Shown: positions 1 to 9,789, counted from the first letter of the stretch. The stretch is DNA of 64,000 bases from an uncultured virus (IMG/VR IMGVR_UViG_3300032134_000001) (IMGVR_UViG_3300032134_000001); one strand, 5' to 3'. The notes: a model not told the origin generated them from the sequence alone. Made by a program: numbers and translations.

Positions 1-85
1 CGGGTTCGGCAGTCGATTCTCGGCACGCTGGGCGACGAGCTGGACTTCCCGACCGGCACACCCAGCTCTGTGAAGGAGGCCCGCG

Positions 86-610
86 ATGCTATCCCCCAAG
101 GCTGATGCTGCCCACGAGGCCAAGTGCGAGCGGTGTGGGGTCGGCTGCCATGCTGCCGTCCCTCTGGCGGATGGCCGCATGGTGGTGGTCGAGGACCTGC
201 ACTGCAAGTTCTACGGCACCGCCCCTGACGGCAAGCCTGGCTGCACCGTCTACGAGGACCGCTTCGAGAAGGCGCCGTGGTGCCTCCACATCCCTACCGC
301 CCGGTACATGGGGGCGCTCCGCGTCGGCTGCCCCTACTCCACTTCTGACTCCCCGGGGAAGACCCGAGTGGGTCCCGAGGAGTACGACCGGCTCTGGCCG
401 CAGCTTGTTGCCGCTATTCTGGAAAACCCGGTCGTGAACCTCAGCTTTAGCTGGAAGAAGTTCCTTCAGGCAGCGAGCAAGAGGGAGCCAGATCAGGTCT
501 GGGGTCTCTCCACCAACGTGACCGAGACGACAGGGCGGATCACGCGGAAGAAGACAGCCTGGGCTCGGTTCAAGGACAGCTTGCCGGGAGACTCACAGCT
601 GCATAAGTGA
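86..610 (+). CDS. Cys-rich putative metal-binding protein (YkgJ/CxxCxxCC-like)
   Basis: CERCGVGCH...CKFY...CTVYEDRF...WC Cys pattern; SD GGAGG upstream. Confidence 0.5.
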   Translation: MLSPKADAAHEAKCERCGVGCHAAVPLADGRMVVVEDLHCKFYGTAPDGKPGCTVYEDRFEKAPWCLHIPTARYMGALRVGCPYSTSDSPGKTRVGPEEYDRLWPQLVAAILENPVVNLSFSWKKFLQAASKREPDQVWGLSTNVTETTGRITRKKTAWARFKDSLPGDSQLHK

Positions 611-631
611 CGGCTGGCAAAGGAGCCTCCC

Positions 632-1018
632 GTGCAGCTGTCGCCGTTTATCTCCAAGTGGATCGCCTTCTTCCGGCCTCGGCTGGGGTGGGCTGAGATG
701 CTGCGGGAGTTCAAGGCGGGCAAGAACGTCTGGAACATCCCGGGCAAGCCGGACAAGCCCCAGGTGGTTCCCTTCCCGATCGAGTGGATGCCGCATCGGC
801 TGGAGCTGACGGAGGCTGACGATGCCGCAGCTCAGACCCGCGGCTTCGTCTTCCTTCCTGGTGTCTGCGTGGACTCCGGGAAGGAGGTCGAGATCGGCGT
901 GGCCGTGAGCTGCTGTCGGTGTGCTGTGACGCTACACCCCGGCATGGCCGGGATGATCGCAGGCTTCGACCCGCCCTACTGCTCTCGCTGCAAGTGGGTC
1001 ATCAAGCTCGTGCTGTAG
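632..1018 (+). CDS. hypothetical protein with C-terminal Zn-ribbon
   Basis: CCRC...YCSRC pairs; AAGGAG upstream of GTG. Confidence 0.5.
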   Translation: MQLSPFISKWIAFFRPRLGWAEMLREFKAGKNVWNIPGKPDKPQVVPFPIEWMPHRLELTEADDAAAQTRGFVFLPGVCVDSGKEVEIGVAVSCCRCAVTLHPGMAGMIAGFDPPYCSRCKWVIKLVL

Positions 1019-1019
1019 C

Positions 1020-1616
1020 TCAGAGGACCTTGACGAAGAACTCGTCCAGGGTCACGTCGGTGTCGTTGGCCGAGAAGGCTGCCGTCGGGGTGATGGCCAA
1101 GGCAGCGGTCGTGTCGACCGCGGTGCTTGCGAGCACGAAGGGCTCCAGGTTGGTCGTACCGCCCGGCGTGCCGGTGGTGGTCAGGGCGCTGGAGACCACC
1201 GTTCCGGCAGCACCGATCGTGCGGCAGGTGATCTTGGCATCCAGGATGTAGACGTCGCCGTTGGCGCCGTTCACGGCCGCGCTCTCTGCGAGGATCGGTG
1301 TGGTCAACCCGTTGATGCGGAACCGGCAGGTGATGGCGGAGGCGCCGCCTGCATCGGCCAGGGTCAGCCGCGCGTAGAGGTGCAGGACATCGCCAGCGAC
1401 CAGCGAGTTGGCCGGCAGGTTGTACGCGGTGAAGGCTCCTTCTGCGGCTCCAACCACGGCGCCCTGGAGGACTTCGGGGGCCACAGCGGTGTACGCCTTG
1501 CCTGCGATTGTCAGGGCGGTTCCTGCCGTCACACCACGCGTGGTGGTGAGGGCAGTGTCGATGGCGTTGGTCCAGGCGGCGTCGCCGTTCCCGGAGGTTC
1601 CCTGAAGGAGAGGCAT
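1020..1616 (-). CDS. beta-rich Ala/Thr/Gly-rich protein, putative virion (spike/minor capsid) component
   Basis: Alternating hydrophobic strand pattern, strongly biased codons, preceded by the GTAGCAC-49-TAATCT element. Confidence 0.5.
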   Translation of the reverse strand: MPLLQGTSGNGDAAWTNAIDTALTTTRGVTAGTALTIAGKAYTAVAPEVLQGAVVGAAEGAFTAYNLPANSLVAGDVLHLYARLTLADAGGASAITCRFRINGLTTPILAESAAVNGANGDVYILDAKITCRTIGAAGTVVSSALTTTGTPGGTTNLEPFVLASTAVDTTAALAITPTAAFSANDTDVTLDEFFVKVL

Positions 1617-1652
1617 TTGTGGCTCCGCGAAGCTGCGAGGTCTGAGTAGCTG

Positions 1653-1707
1653 AGATTAGCGCAACCCCCTCTCTTGGGCCCGGTTCCGGGGGAATCCCGA
1701 GTGCTAC
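1653..1707 (-). promoter_or_regulatory. putative late promoter GTAGCAC(1707)...TAATCT(1658)
   Basis: 49-nt offset shared with nine other sites. Confidence 0.65.
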
Positions 1708-1730
1708 AAGAGGCTTCTCCTGCGTGCCAC

Positions 1731-1759
1731 TTGACACGCCAGAAGGCGTCCCCTACATG
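1731..1759 (+). promoter_or_regulatory. sigma70-like promoter TTGACA-N17-TACATG with overlapping GACAC-N8-GCGTC dyad
   Basis: Perfect -35, 17-nt spacer, imperfect -10, upstream of the HNH gene. Confidence 0.45.
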
Positions 1760-1785
1760 ACTCGGGAGGATGAGGAGGAGCGTCG

Positions 1786-2385
1786 ATGAGCCAATGGGTT
1801 GTTCCCACGACACGCTGGGCGATCTACCTGCGAGACGGCCTCTCGTGCGTCTACTGCCAGGTCACCCTGGCTGACATCCTGGCCGAGCGGGGAGAGAACT
1901 TCCTGACGCTTGACCACATCAAGTCGCGGAAGCAGGGCGGCTGCAACAGCCCCTACAACTTGGTGACCTGCTGCTACGTCTGCAACAGCCACAAGGCGCG
2001 CTACAGCGTCACCCGATTCTGCCGGGAGTTCAGTCTCACAGCGAGCACGGTGCGCTCTCGCATCAAGGCTCGCCGGGACCGGGACATCGACCAGTACCGG
2101 CTGGCTGCGAGGCTGCTTCTGGGCAAGGTCGACAGCATCCCGGGGGCGCTGATTGCCCAGGCGGTCATCGACCACGATTGGATCGTCAAGCGCCAGTGGG
2201 GGGACTCCTCTATCGACGGCGACTACTGGGAGCACCGCAAGACGCAGGAGGATCTCTTCTGCCCGACCTGCAATGCCTCGGGCGTCGCCCGCGGGGCTGG
2301 AGAGCTGGTTCTTCTGCCTGCTGTGGGGTGGGGAGAATCGGGTTCTTGCGAGCCGGCCTTGGATACGGCAGACATCCCCTTCTAA
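1786..2385 (+). CDS. HNH endonuclease (McrA-like, CxxC...DH...N...CxxCN)
   Basis: RDGLSCVYC...TLDHIKSRKQGGCNSPYNLVTCCYVCNSHK. Confidence 0.85.
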   Translation: MSQWVVPTTRWAIYLRDGLSCVYCQVTLADILAERGENFLTLDHIKSRKQGGCNSPYNLVTCCYVCNSHKARYSVTRFCREFSLTASTVRSRIKARRDRDIDQYRLAARLLLGKVDSIPGALIAQAVIDHDWIVKRQWGDSSIDGDYWEHRKTQEDLFCPTCNASGVARGAGELVLLPAVGWGESGSCEPALDTADIPF

Positions 2386-2394
2386 GGGGCTTTT
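2376..2394 (+). terminator. putative intrinsic terminator
   Basis: CCCCTT-CT-AAGGGG hairpin followed by CTTTT at the HNH stop. Confidence 0.45.
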
Positions 2395-2427
2395 CGCGAT
2401 AGTGGTCAGAAAGGCCTACGTCGACAG

Positions 2428-2456
2428 TTGACACTCTCGGGCGTGTCTCATAGTAG
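2428..2456 (+). promoter_or_regulatory. sigma70-like promoter TTGACA-N17-TAGTAG with GACAC-N8-GTGTC dyad
   Basis: Perfect -35 and 17-nt spacer upstream of the replication operon. Confidence 0.5.
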
Positions 2457-2486
2457 ATGGCCAGAGGATCGAGGAGGACAGAGGGA

Positions 2487-3371
2487 ATGGCGGAGAGCAA
2501 GGTTGTGCTCACCTACGGCCCGTCGGGCGTGGGGAAGACAACAGACCAAGGATTCAGCTTTCCGAGAGCGCTGTTCGCAGCCGCTCCGGGAGCCTTGAAC
2601 TCCATCCAGTCCGTCTGTGGCTACATGCCTGCGACGGTCCAGGCTACGACCATCGAGGACGCTACCAAGCTCATCAAGGACGTGGCCGGGAAGTACGAGT
2701 GGCTCGTCATTGACGACTTCAGCTTCATGGCGGAGCAGACCTTCTCCCGCCTGGAGAAGAAGTTCACCGGCTTCAAGATGTGGGGCAAGCTCCGCGACAT
2801 CGCGCTGGAGTTCCGGGACACGGCTCGCTACGCCAAGGTCTCGGTCGTGATGAACTGCTGGGAGCAGCCTGCCAAGACTCAGGCCAACGGTGCTCGCGTC
2901 CGTGGCGGTCCTCGTCTCTCGGGCAACTTGCCGGAGCAGATTCCCGCGATGTGCGACACCGTGCTTCGTGCTGTCCATGACCTTCACCGCCAGCCCTGGC
3001 CCGCTGTCTACCACTGCAAGCTCGACCCGAGTTGGGTGATGAAGGACCGCTTCCACATTGCGACTTCCGCTCACCCGGCTCCGATGAACCTGGCTGAGAT
3101 TCTCCGCGCCGGCGGCACCGAGGTTGCCCGCCACCCCGACCTGCCCGACCAGGAAGAACTCGTTGCTGCTCTGGCTGACCACTTCGGCTCGATGGACGGC
3201 TTCGCGGCTGTCACGGCCAACGATGTCTACCACAAGCTCAGGAAGGGCGGGATGAGCCCAGTGGTCGCCAAGTGGACCCTCCGAGACGCCCTCGACCGCG
3301 CTGAGATTCAGAAGGCGCTTCTTGCTGCCGCTGACACCTTCATCGACACGTCCAACCCGGCTCTCTTGTAG
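2487..3371 (+). CDS. AAA ATPase, Sak4/AAA_24-like phage recombinase
   Basis: Walker A YGPSGVGKT, Walker B WLVIDDFS, C-terminal KDR; followed by an SSB-like gene; start set at ATG 2487 after the SD. Confidence 0.75.
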   Translation: MAESKVVLTYGPSGVGKTTDQGFSFPRALFAAAPGALNSIQSVCGYMPATVQATTIEDATKLIKDVAGKYEWLVIDDFSFMAEQTFSRLEKKFTGFKMWGKLRDIALEFRDTARYAKVSVVMNCWEQPAKTQANGARVRGGPRLSGNLPEQIPAMCDTVLRAVHDLHRQPWPAVYHCKLDPSWVMKDRFHIATSAHPAPMNLAEILRAGGTEVARHPDLPDQEELVAALADHFGSMDGFAAVTANDVYHKLRKGGMSPVVAKWTLRDALDRAEIQKALLAAADTFIDTSNPALL

Positions 3372-3454
3372 AGCCACACCGCTTGCCCTTCGGGGCAGAC
3401 CAGGCCCTCCGGGGCAACCACCAACGCCCCCCGGGGCATCTGAGGAGTAGAGAA

Positions 3455-4093
3455 ATGGCTGAAGCCACCGAAGAGATCAACGTCCAGCGAGACTGGGACT
3501 TCGACGTCAACCTGAGCGGGCTCATCGCCCCCACCGGCAAGGGTGGGAACCTGCTGCCGACTGGGTACTACAAGGTCAAGCTCGCTGACCTGTACGTGAA
3601 CCCCGACCGGAACGCCAACCGCATCATCATCAAGGTGCAGGTGGCGGAGGGGGCCTTCACCGGGACCATCCGTACCACGGGCTTCAACAAGCCGACCAGC
3701 GACGACGACAAGGTCCGCTACTACTGGCGCGGCCTGGCCGAGAGCGCTGGCTACACTCCCGCCCAGCTGGACGCGGGGATGATCAAGCTCGGTCTGGGCA
3801 CCTTCAAGGACCGGATGGCCCACATCCTGTTCACCGCGAAGGACGAGGAGGCGGGTGTCCAGTACGAGGACATCGACTTCCTGCCCCCGATGGAGTGGGC
3901 CCAGCAGATGCAGAACTTCGAGATGACCGGGGGCAACGAGCCCAAGGCCGCTCCGAAGGGTGCTGCTGGCTCCGCACTCGGCACGACCGAGCCGGCCGTC
4001 ATCGAGGAGCCCAAGGCCCTCGGCAGCGGCGGCGGGAACGAGCTGGGTGGCACCAAGAAGAGCGCCCTCCTGACCCAGCTCGGCGTCAACTGA
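3455..4093 (+). CDS. putative ssDNA-binding protein (DUF669-like)
   Basis: LLPTGYYKVKL N-terminal motif, flexible C-terminal tail, position after Sak4-like ATPase. Confidence 0.5.
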   Translation: MAEATEEINVQRDWDFDVNLSGLIAPTGKGGNLLPTGYYKVKLADLYVNPDRNANRIIIKVQVAEGAFTGTIRTTGFNKPTSDDDKVRYYWRGLAESAGYTPAQLDAGMIKLGLGTFKDRMAHILFTAKDEEAGVQYEDIDFLPPMEWAQQMQNFEMTGGNEPKAAPKGAAGSALGTTEPAVIEEPKALGSGGGNELGGTKKSALLTQLGVN

Positions 4094-4149
4094 GCCACAG
4101 GTGAACGTCGGCCTGGCCGGGGACCCCCTCCCTGTTTCTGCCTCCAGAC

Positions 4150-4680
4150 GTGACAGCTCGGAGAGACGAGCGCCCCTTCCCCCTTGGAGACAGCCCCATG
4201 TTCGGTCCTGACGGAAAGCCCATCAACATCGGCGCAGGCCAGCTCATCGGAGGCCCCAAGACCCTCGATGACGTAGTGCCCTTCAACGACGATACCATCA
4301 CGGCCCTGGAGAACGGAGCGCTTCAGCTCCTCCAGTCCGGCCAGCCGATGGAGGTCCCCGCGGCGATGCCCATGGGTCAGATCGTCCAGATTGCCAAGAC
4401 CCTCAGCGTCCAGCGCGAGCGCATCAAGGAGCTGGAAGCAGCTCAGACTGCTGACCAGGCACTCCTGGCCCGGGGTCTCGACACCCTGCGATTCTCCATG
4501 GCAGAGGTCGTCCACGACCCCCAGGAGAACTGGCCTGCCATCATGGGGCTGGCTGAGAGCCTCCGGGACCACCTGGAGCCCAGCAACGGCGCTGCTGGCG
4601 ACCCCCCGCAGCTCGACCTGACTGGTCTGCTGAACACCTTCCCGCCCACCAACGGCGACGTGTCTGCCGACACGGAGTAG
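4150..4680 (+). CDS. hypothetical protein
   Basis: ORF with genome-typical codon bias in operon; start uncertain. Confidence 0.5.
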   Translation: MTARRDERPFPLGDSPMFGPDGKPINIGAGQLIGGPKTLDDVVPFNDDTITALENGALQLLQSGQPMEVPAAMPMGQIVQIAKTLSVQRERIKELEAAQTADQALLARGLDTLRFSMAEVVHDPQENWPAIMGLAESLRDHLEPSNGAAGDPPQLDLTGLLNTFPPTNGDVSADTE

Positions 4681-4683
4681 CCC

Positions 4684-4938
4684 GTGCAGAAGGGCTGGCT
4701 GGCCTTCCTGTACTGCACTCACTGTCGGGTCTATGCCCCTTCGGGCCACCCTCGAATCGGAGAGTGGGTCAGCTTCCACACCACAGGTGGCTGCGGCAAC
4801 CGCCGCATCCACAGCGACGAGGCTCACATGATGATGTCCGACGACATCGTGGAGGGGTATCGCATGGAGAACGGGCTGAGCCCCATGGAGCTGCTGGCCT
4901 TCCAGGGCACGGCTGACGCGGAAGATGCAGCGTCGTGA
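4684..4938 (+). CDS. small Cys/His protein ending in an SPMELLA motif
   Basis: YCTHC...GC; stop overlaps the polymerase start (GTGA). Confidence 0.5.
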   Translation: MQKGWLAFLYCTHCRVYAPSGHPRIGEWVSFHTTGGCGNRRIHSDEAHMMMSDDIVEGYRMENGLSPMELLAFQGTADAEDAAS

Positions 4939-7900
4939 CCTACGACCCTGTAGCTCACGGCGCCCGGTGCTTCGAGTGTCCCTTGGAGGGATGCAAGGTC
5001 GTCCCCCCGGAGACTCGGGCGAGCGCGATCATCGCGGCGGTGGGCGAAGCTCCCGGAGAGCAGGAGGAGAAGCTGGGCAGGCCCTTCGTGGGTCCGTCTG
5101 GCAACGAGTTTATGAAGGCTGCTCGGATGGCCGGGCTCCGGCGCAACGACCTTCACATCACCAACGCGCTGCTCTGCCGGCCCCCGGGCAACGAGCTGAA
5201 GAAGCTCCTGGCGAAGATCAGCAAGTGGAACAAGAACGAGGCCAAGGAGGCGAAGGCTGAGGGCCGTGAAGCCTCGACGATGGCTACACCCCTGGCGTGC
5301 TGCAAGCCCCGCCTGGACGCGGAGCTGAGCCGCTTCAAGGACTTCATCACGCTGGGTGGGGTCGGGACCAGGGCGGTGGCCGGAACCCAGGGCTCCATCC
5401 TTGGGCTTCGGGGCGGGCTGATGGAGTTGGACCGCAACGAGTCCGAGGCTCGCAAGGCCTACGAGCAGGCCAACCCCCTCGTCGACTTCGCAGATGAAGC
5501 CTCACGCGAGGGGGTCGAGGCGGACTACCTCCAGTGGAAGAAGCAGAATGGGTACACCATCCGGGTGATGCCGACGGTCCATCCGTCCTTCGTGCTCCGG
5601 CAGCAGCGGTGGGCTCACGTCTTTCGCAACGACATGGCGAAAGCTGTTCGCTGGTTCCGGGGGGTCGCGAAGTGGATTCCACCCAAGGTCACCTACAACC
5701 CAGACCCTGAGACGCTGCGGCGCTTCTTGGCCAACCCGGACCGCATCTACACCTACGACATCGAGACCGACGGTATCGAGTGCTTGACGGCGCACATCCG
5801 CTGCATCGCCATCGGGGACGAGACTGACGTGGTGGTCATCGGCTTCCGGCGGAACTCTTGCCCGAAGAGCCAGAGTGGTGTCTTTGTCGACTTCTACGGA
5901 GGTCGGGACGCCTTCCTCATCGAGAAGATCCTGCGGGCCTTCTTCGAGGACGCGGCCATCGTGAAGGCTGGGCACAACGCCGGCTACTACGACCGCCTGG
6001 TGCTCCAGAACCAGATGGGCATTGACCCTCAGAACGTGCTCGACACGATGCTGCTTCACCGCAACGTCGAGTCGGAGTTGCCCCACAGCCTGGCCTACGT
6101 CGCGAGCATCTACACGGAAGCACCTTCCTGGAAGTGCTACGACCCCGAGACGGAGGTCCTCACGCAGGCCGGTTGGGTGAAGTTCCCTGAGCTGATGAAG
6201 GGTATGCCTGTGGCCCAGTGGGACGAGGGTGAGATCAGCTTCGTGGAGCCTCAGGCCTACGTGGACCAGCCCTACAAGGGCAAGGTCTGGGTGCTCAAGG
6301 ACCAGGCCACAGACCTGGTGCTGACTCCTGACCACGGGATGATCTACCGCCCGGCACACAACGCCAAGACCTGCCGCCCGGAGCACAAGAGCAAGCTGAA
6401 GCGGTGCATGGTTCAGGACCTCCCGAAGACCGGCTACCTGCCTCACGTCGGCACTCTCCAGAACGACACGCCCGTCTCTGAGAGGGCGGTGGCCTTCATG
6501 AAGCTGATCGCTGCCTTTCAGGCTGACGGCACCTGGATGTTCAAGAACGCCAAGGAGAAGGCGGAGGGCACCCCCTCCTACCTCGACTTCGGCTTCACGA
6601 AGCAGCGCAAGATCGACCGGCTGAAGGGGATTCTCGCTACCCTGGGGCTGCCCCACAAGGTGACGCAGACCGGCACGGTGAATCCCCGAACCCGCATCTG
6701 GGTGACGACCCACCCCGATGTTGCCCTGCTCTGGACTCACCTCGGCCCCGAGAAGCTCTTCGGCTCGTGGGTGCTTGCCTGGCCTCACGAGCTGCGGCGT
6801 CTCTTCCTCGACGAGCTGCCCCTCTGGGACGGTACGAAGGGCGAGCAGCACACCAACTACAACACCTCCGTCGAGGTGAACGCGGACTGGGTGCAGGCTG
6901 TAGCTGTCCTCTCGGGACAGGCTGCGCGCAAGCTCTTCCACGAGGGCATGTGGAGGGTCAGCTTGCCCAAGGGCAAGAAGCGACGGCGGGAGTGGTCGAA
7001 GCTGGAGAACCTGAAGCGGGAGGAGATCGACTACGACGGTCGGGTGTACTGCGTCTCTGTCCCTGCCGGGTTCCTTGTCGTAAGGCGAGGCTCAAAGGTC
7101 ACTATCGCGCAGAATACCGACCGTGAGGGCAACAAGCTGGCCCTGGGCGGTGAGTCCGATGAGGAGCTTCACGAGTACTGCGCCAATGATGTCGCCATCA
7201 CAGCGCGTGTCCTGTCTCCCCTGGCCGAGCAGGTCGCCCTGCGCAGTCAGAGCGCGGTCTGGCGGATGGACCAGCAGATGCAGCGCATCTGTGGCGACAT
7301 GCACACCGTCGGGATGTACGTCGATCAACCGAAGAGGCTGAAGGAGGAGAAGAAGCTCCTGGGCGTGCGGCACAAGCTGCTCAACGAGATCCGGGACCGC
7401 CTGGATCTCGGTGCGTTCAACCCAGGCTCTGTCTACCAGCTCCGCGATGTGCTCTTCAAGGGCTGGGGCTTGGAGAGCCACATCGACGCCACGGACCTGA
7501 AGGAGAAGGACGTCATGACGGGGGGTGGGGACCGCTCGACAGGCGACCTGATTCTGCGGACCCTGCTCACGCTCAAGACGGTGCCGGACGATCAGCGAGA
7601 GGTCATCAAGCTCATCCGGCGCTACCGCAAGTGCCTGAAGGTCCTCGGCACCTACGTCGTCAAGCTCCGCCCTTGGAACATGGGCGCGAACCTCGGCTGG
7701 GACGATGACGACGACTGGCTCGACCGGGAGACCCGCAAGAAGTACGGCGAGGAGAAGCGGGGCATCGTCGACCCGCGGACTGGCCGGATGCACCCTGGCT
7801 ACAATGCCCATGTTGCGGTCACAGGCCGGCTCAGCTCGTCGAAGCCCATCAACGCCCAGAACTTCCCCGCAGGGCAGCGCGGCATGGTGGTGGCCGCTCC

Positions 7901-8807
7901 TGGCCACGTCTTGGTCGGCGCCGACATGGACCAGCTGGAGCTGCGCATCGCGGCTGCGCTGTGGCGGGTTCAGCTCTACCTCACGGCCTTCGCGGAGAGC
8001 AAGGACCCCCACTCCATGACGGCCTTCGCGGTGTTCGGGGACGAGTTCTGCCGGGCTGCCGGTCTGACAGCCCACCAGTTCCAGCGCCCCGGCAAGCTCG
8101 TGAGTGGCTGCTACGACCCTTCCGGGGTCTTCCTGAAGGGGGCCAGTGCCGACGCCACAGCGATGCGGAACCTCTCCAAGGCCGTGCAGTACGCCAGCCA
8201 GTACATGGCCACGGTCGAGACGGTCCACCAGCTCATCCAGAAGACGGAGCTGCCCTCCGTGGACCCGGTGACGAAGAAGGCCCGGAACGACGGCACCACC
8301 GACCTTCCCTACGCCAAGCTGCCGCTGCGGCGCGTTCGCGAGATGCGCGAGAACTGGCTGACCGGGGCGCGAGAGTTCGAGTGGGGCTGGGAGAAGGAGA
8401 TCGACGAGTACCGCCAGCAGGGCTACCTCTGCGAGCCGGTCGGAGGTCGCAGAAGGGACTTCCTGGACGGGGAAGACCCCAACCAGATCGTCAACTTCAA
8501 GGTCCAGGGTGGCGCAGCCGGTCTCATGAACCGCGCCATCGTCCAGCTTGCTGACGCCATCCCGCTTCACAAGTGGGGGCCGGGGACAGGCATCAACAAC
8601 CAGTGTCACGACTCCATCGTCGTCGAGTGCCCTGCAGATGGGGCCGGTGTAGGCAAGGACGGAGAGATGGTCGTCCCGAAGGGCTCAATCCCCTGGAAGG
8701 TCGCCCGCTTGATGGAAGAGTGCATGAACCAGACCCACCCGAGCCTGCCTGGAGTTCTCTTCTCTGCGTCGGCCGACGTGGGCATGAGTTGGAAGGCAGT
8801 CGGATGA
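4935..8807 (+). CDS. polA: family A DNA polymerase with N-terminal family-4 uracil-DNA glycosylase domain, 3'-5' exonuclease and intein
   Basis: UDG: CFECPL, VGEAPG, RPFVGPSG, TNALLCRPP, HPSFVLR; Exo: YDIETDG, HNAGYYD, YCAND; Pol: TGRLSS, ADMDQLELR, RNLSKAVQYASQY, CHDSIVVE. Confidence 0.93.
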   Translation: MTYDPVAHGARCFECPLEGCKVVPPETRASAIIAAVGEAPGEQEEKLGRPFVGPSGNEFMKAARMAGLRRNDLHITNALLCRPPGNELKKLLAKISKWNKNEAKEAKAEGREASTMATPLACCKPRLDAELSRFKDFITLGGVGTRAVAGTQGSILGLRGGLMELDRNESEARKAYEQANPLVDFADEASREGVEADYLQWKKQNGYTIRVMPTVHPSFVLRQQRWAHVFRNDMAKAVRWFRGVAKWIPPKVTYNPDPETLRRFLANPDRIYTYDIETDGIECLTAHIRCIAIGDETDVVVIGFRRNSCPKSQSGVFVDFYGGRDAFLIEKILRAFFEDAAIVKAGHNAGYYDRLVLQNQMGIDPQNVLDTMLLHRNVESELPHSLAYVASIYTEAPSWKCYDPETEVLTQAGWVKFPELMKGMPVAQWDEGEISFVEPQAYVDQPYKGKVWVLKDQATDLVLTPDHGMIYRPAHNAKTCRPEHKSKLKRCMVQDLPKTGYLPHVGTLQNDTPVSERAVAFMKLIAAFQADGTWMFKNAKEKAEGTPSYLDFGFTKQRKIDRLKGILATLGLPHKVTQTGTVNPRTRIWVTTHPDVALLWTHLGPEKLFGSWVLAWPHELRRLFLDELPLWDGTKGEQHTNYNTSVEVNADWVQAVAVLSGQAARKLFHEGMWRVSLPKGKKRRREWSKLENLKREEIDYDGRVYCVSVPAGFLVVRRGSKVTIAQNTDREGNKLALGGESDEELHEYCANDVAITARVLSPLAEQVALRSQSAVWRMDQQMQRICGDMHTVGMYVDQPKRLKEEKKLLGVRHKLLNEIRDRLDLGAFNPGSVYQLRDVLFKGWGLESHIDATDLKEKDVMTGGGDRSTGDLILRTLLTLKTVPDDQREVIKLIRRYRKCLKVLGTYVVKLRPWNMGANLGWDDDDDWLDRETRKKYGEEKRGIVDPRTGRMHPGYNAHVAVTGRLSSSKPINAQNFPAGQRGMVVAAPGHVLVGADMDQLELRIAAALWRVQLYLTAFAESKDPHSMTAFAVFGDEFCRAAGLTAHQFQRPGKLVSGCYDPSGVFLKGASADATAMRNLSKAVQYASQYMATVETVHQLIQKTELPSVDPVTKKARNDGTTDLPYAKLPLRRVREMRENWLTGAREFEWGWEKEIDEYRQQGYLCEPVGGRRRDFLDGEDPNQIVNFKVQGGAAGLMNRAIVQLADAIPLHKWGPGTGINNQCHDSIVVECPADGAGVGKDGEMVVPKGSIPWKVARLMEECMNQTHPSLPGVLFSASADVGMSWKAVG
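6135..7115 (+). mobile_element. intein (327 aa) with LAGLIDADG homing endonuclease in the polymerase exonuclease domain
   Basis: N-terminal CYDPETEVLT, block B LTPDH, LAGLIDADG-like IAAFQADG and LDELPLWDG, block F VYCVSVP, ends AQN followed by +1 Thr. Confidence 0.9.
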
Positions 8808-9106
8808 ATCAGAGGCACGCAAACCTGAGCTACCACGCAGCCGTCTTGGCTGGATCTACCCACGCTGAGGCCGTAACAGCAGAGCTGACGAACCTGGCGT
8901 CTGTTCTCACGCCGGGGGCGCCGGACGAGAACCTACGGCACGTCCAGGACCGGCTGGTCTCTCTCAGCGGGATCGTGAAGAGGCAGCCACCGGGCCCTAC
9001 GCTGGAGCGCGTCAAGGACGCCTGTCGCCTCCTTCGGGGCACCATCCGAGGCCTCTCGGGCGGGGCACCGGCAGTACGGTCTGCGCTTCGGTTGTTGGAG
9101 GGATAG
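8804..9106 (+). CDS. hypothetical protein
   Basis: ATGA overlap with the polymerase stop. Confidence 0.45.
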   Translation: MNQRHANLSYHAAVLAGSTHAEAVTAELTNLASVLTPGAPDENLRHVQDRLVSLSGIVKRQPPGPTLERVKDACRLLRGTIRGLSGGAPAVRSALRLLEG

Positions 9107-9133
9107 GGTTTGCCGTCCGGCACCTGAGCAGCT

Positions 9134-9568
9134 ATGTCATCTGTCATGACCGCTACCCCAGCCACGCGACCAACGGCTGCTCCGCGCCTCTTGGTCTTCT
9201 TCCCGCGCGGGGTCTCTGAGGATGAGATCGAGGAGGGCTTTCACCTTGTCCGAGCGGCGACGGAGAAGACCGTCGAGCTGGTCGACAGCCTCGCCTGGTA
9301 CGACAGCCGCTTCGGTGCTTGTGGTGGTTGGGACTCCTGGGCACTGGAGGCCGTTACCGGCCGTAGCTACCGGCACAGGCGGGCCTACTTCGATGGCTTC
9401 ATCGTCACCGGCAGCGAGACTCTGACTCAGGGCACCGCAAAGGTCACTTCGCTCGCTCTGAGTGTCCACAAGCCCGTCTACTGGTTGGATGGGATCACGC
9501 TCAAGACAATCGCCAAGGTGACGTCCTCGGACGGCGGCTGGCACATTTCGACAGGAGAATCACCATGA
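9134..9568 (+). CDS. hypothetical protein
   Basis: ORF coupled by ATGA to the downstream HTH gene. Confidence 0.5.
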   Translation: MSSVMTATPATRPTAAPRLLVFFPRGVSEDEIEEGFHLVRAATEKTVELVDSLAWYDSRFGACGGWDSWALEAVTGRSYRHRRAYFDGFIVTGSETLTQGTAKVTSLALSVHKPVYWLDGITLKTIAKVTSSDGGWHISTGESP

Positions 9569-9789
9569 ACGACCAGGCGACCGAGACGGGGGGCACCACT
9601 TCCGCGAAGGCGATGGTCCTCCGGCTGATGGACGACGCCAGCATGACAGCGACCGAGATCAGCGAGGCCCTCGGGCAGCGCGTGTCCCGCCGCACCATCT
9701 ACCGTTGGGCCAAGGGTGAATCCGAGCCTCAGCAGACCAGCGATCTCGTGGAGCTGAGCAAGCTCTACGAACTGAAGTGTGCCTCTTGA
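9565..9789 (+). CDS. helix-turn-helix DNA-binding protein (Cro/XRE-like)
   Basis: MTATEISEAL...VSRRTIYRWAKGESEP. Confidence 0.8.
   Translation: MNDQATETGGTTSAKAMVLRLMDDASMTATEISEALGQRVSRRTIYRWAKGESEPQQTSDLVELSKLYELKCAS

Noticed and set aside
6134..6140. GTGCTAC at the intein start
   Set aside because: Inside coding sequence; treated as a chance match.
5502..8609. Long antisense ORFs (5502..6941, 7092..8609; likewise 9765..11426, 28993..30315, 45972..47750, 50747..52423, 56569..58659, 58840..60582)
   Set aside because: Shadow frames of real genes in high-GC DNA; no motifs or RBS.
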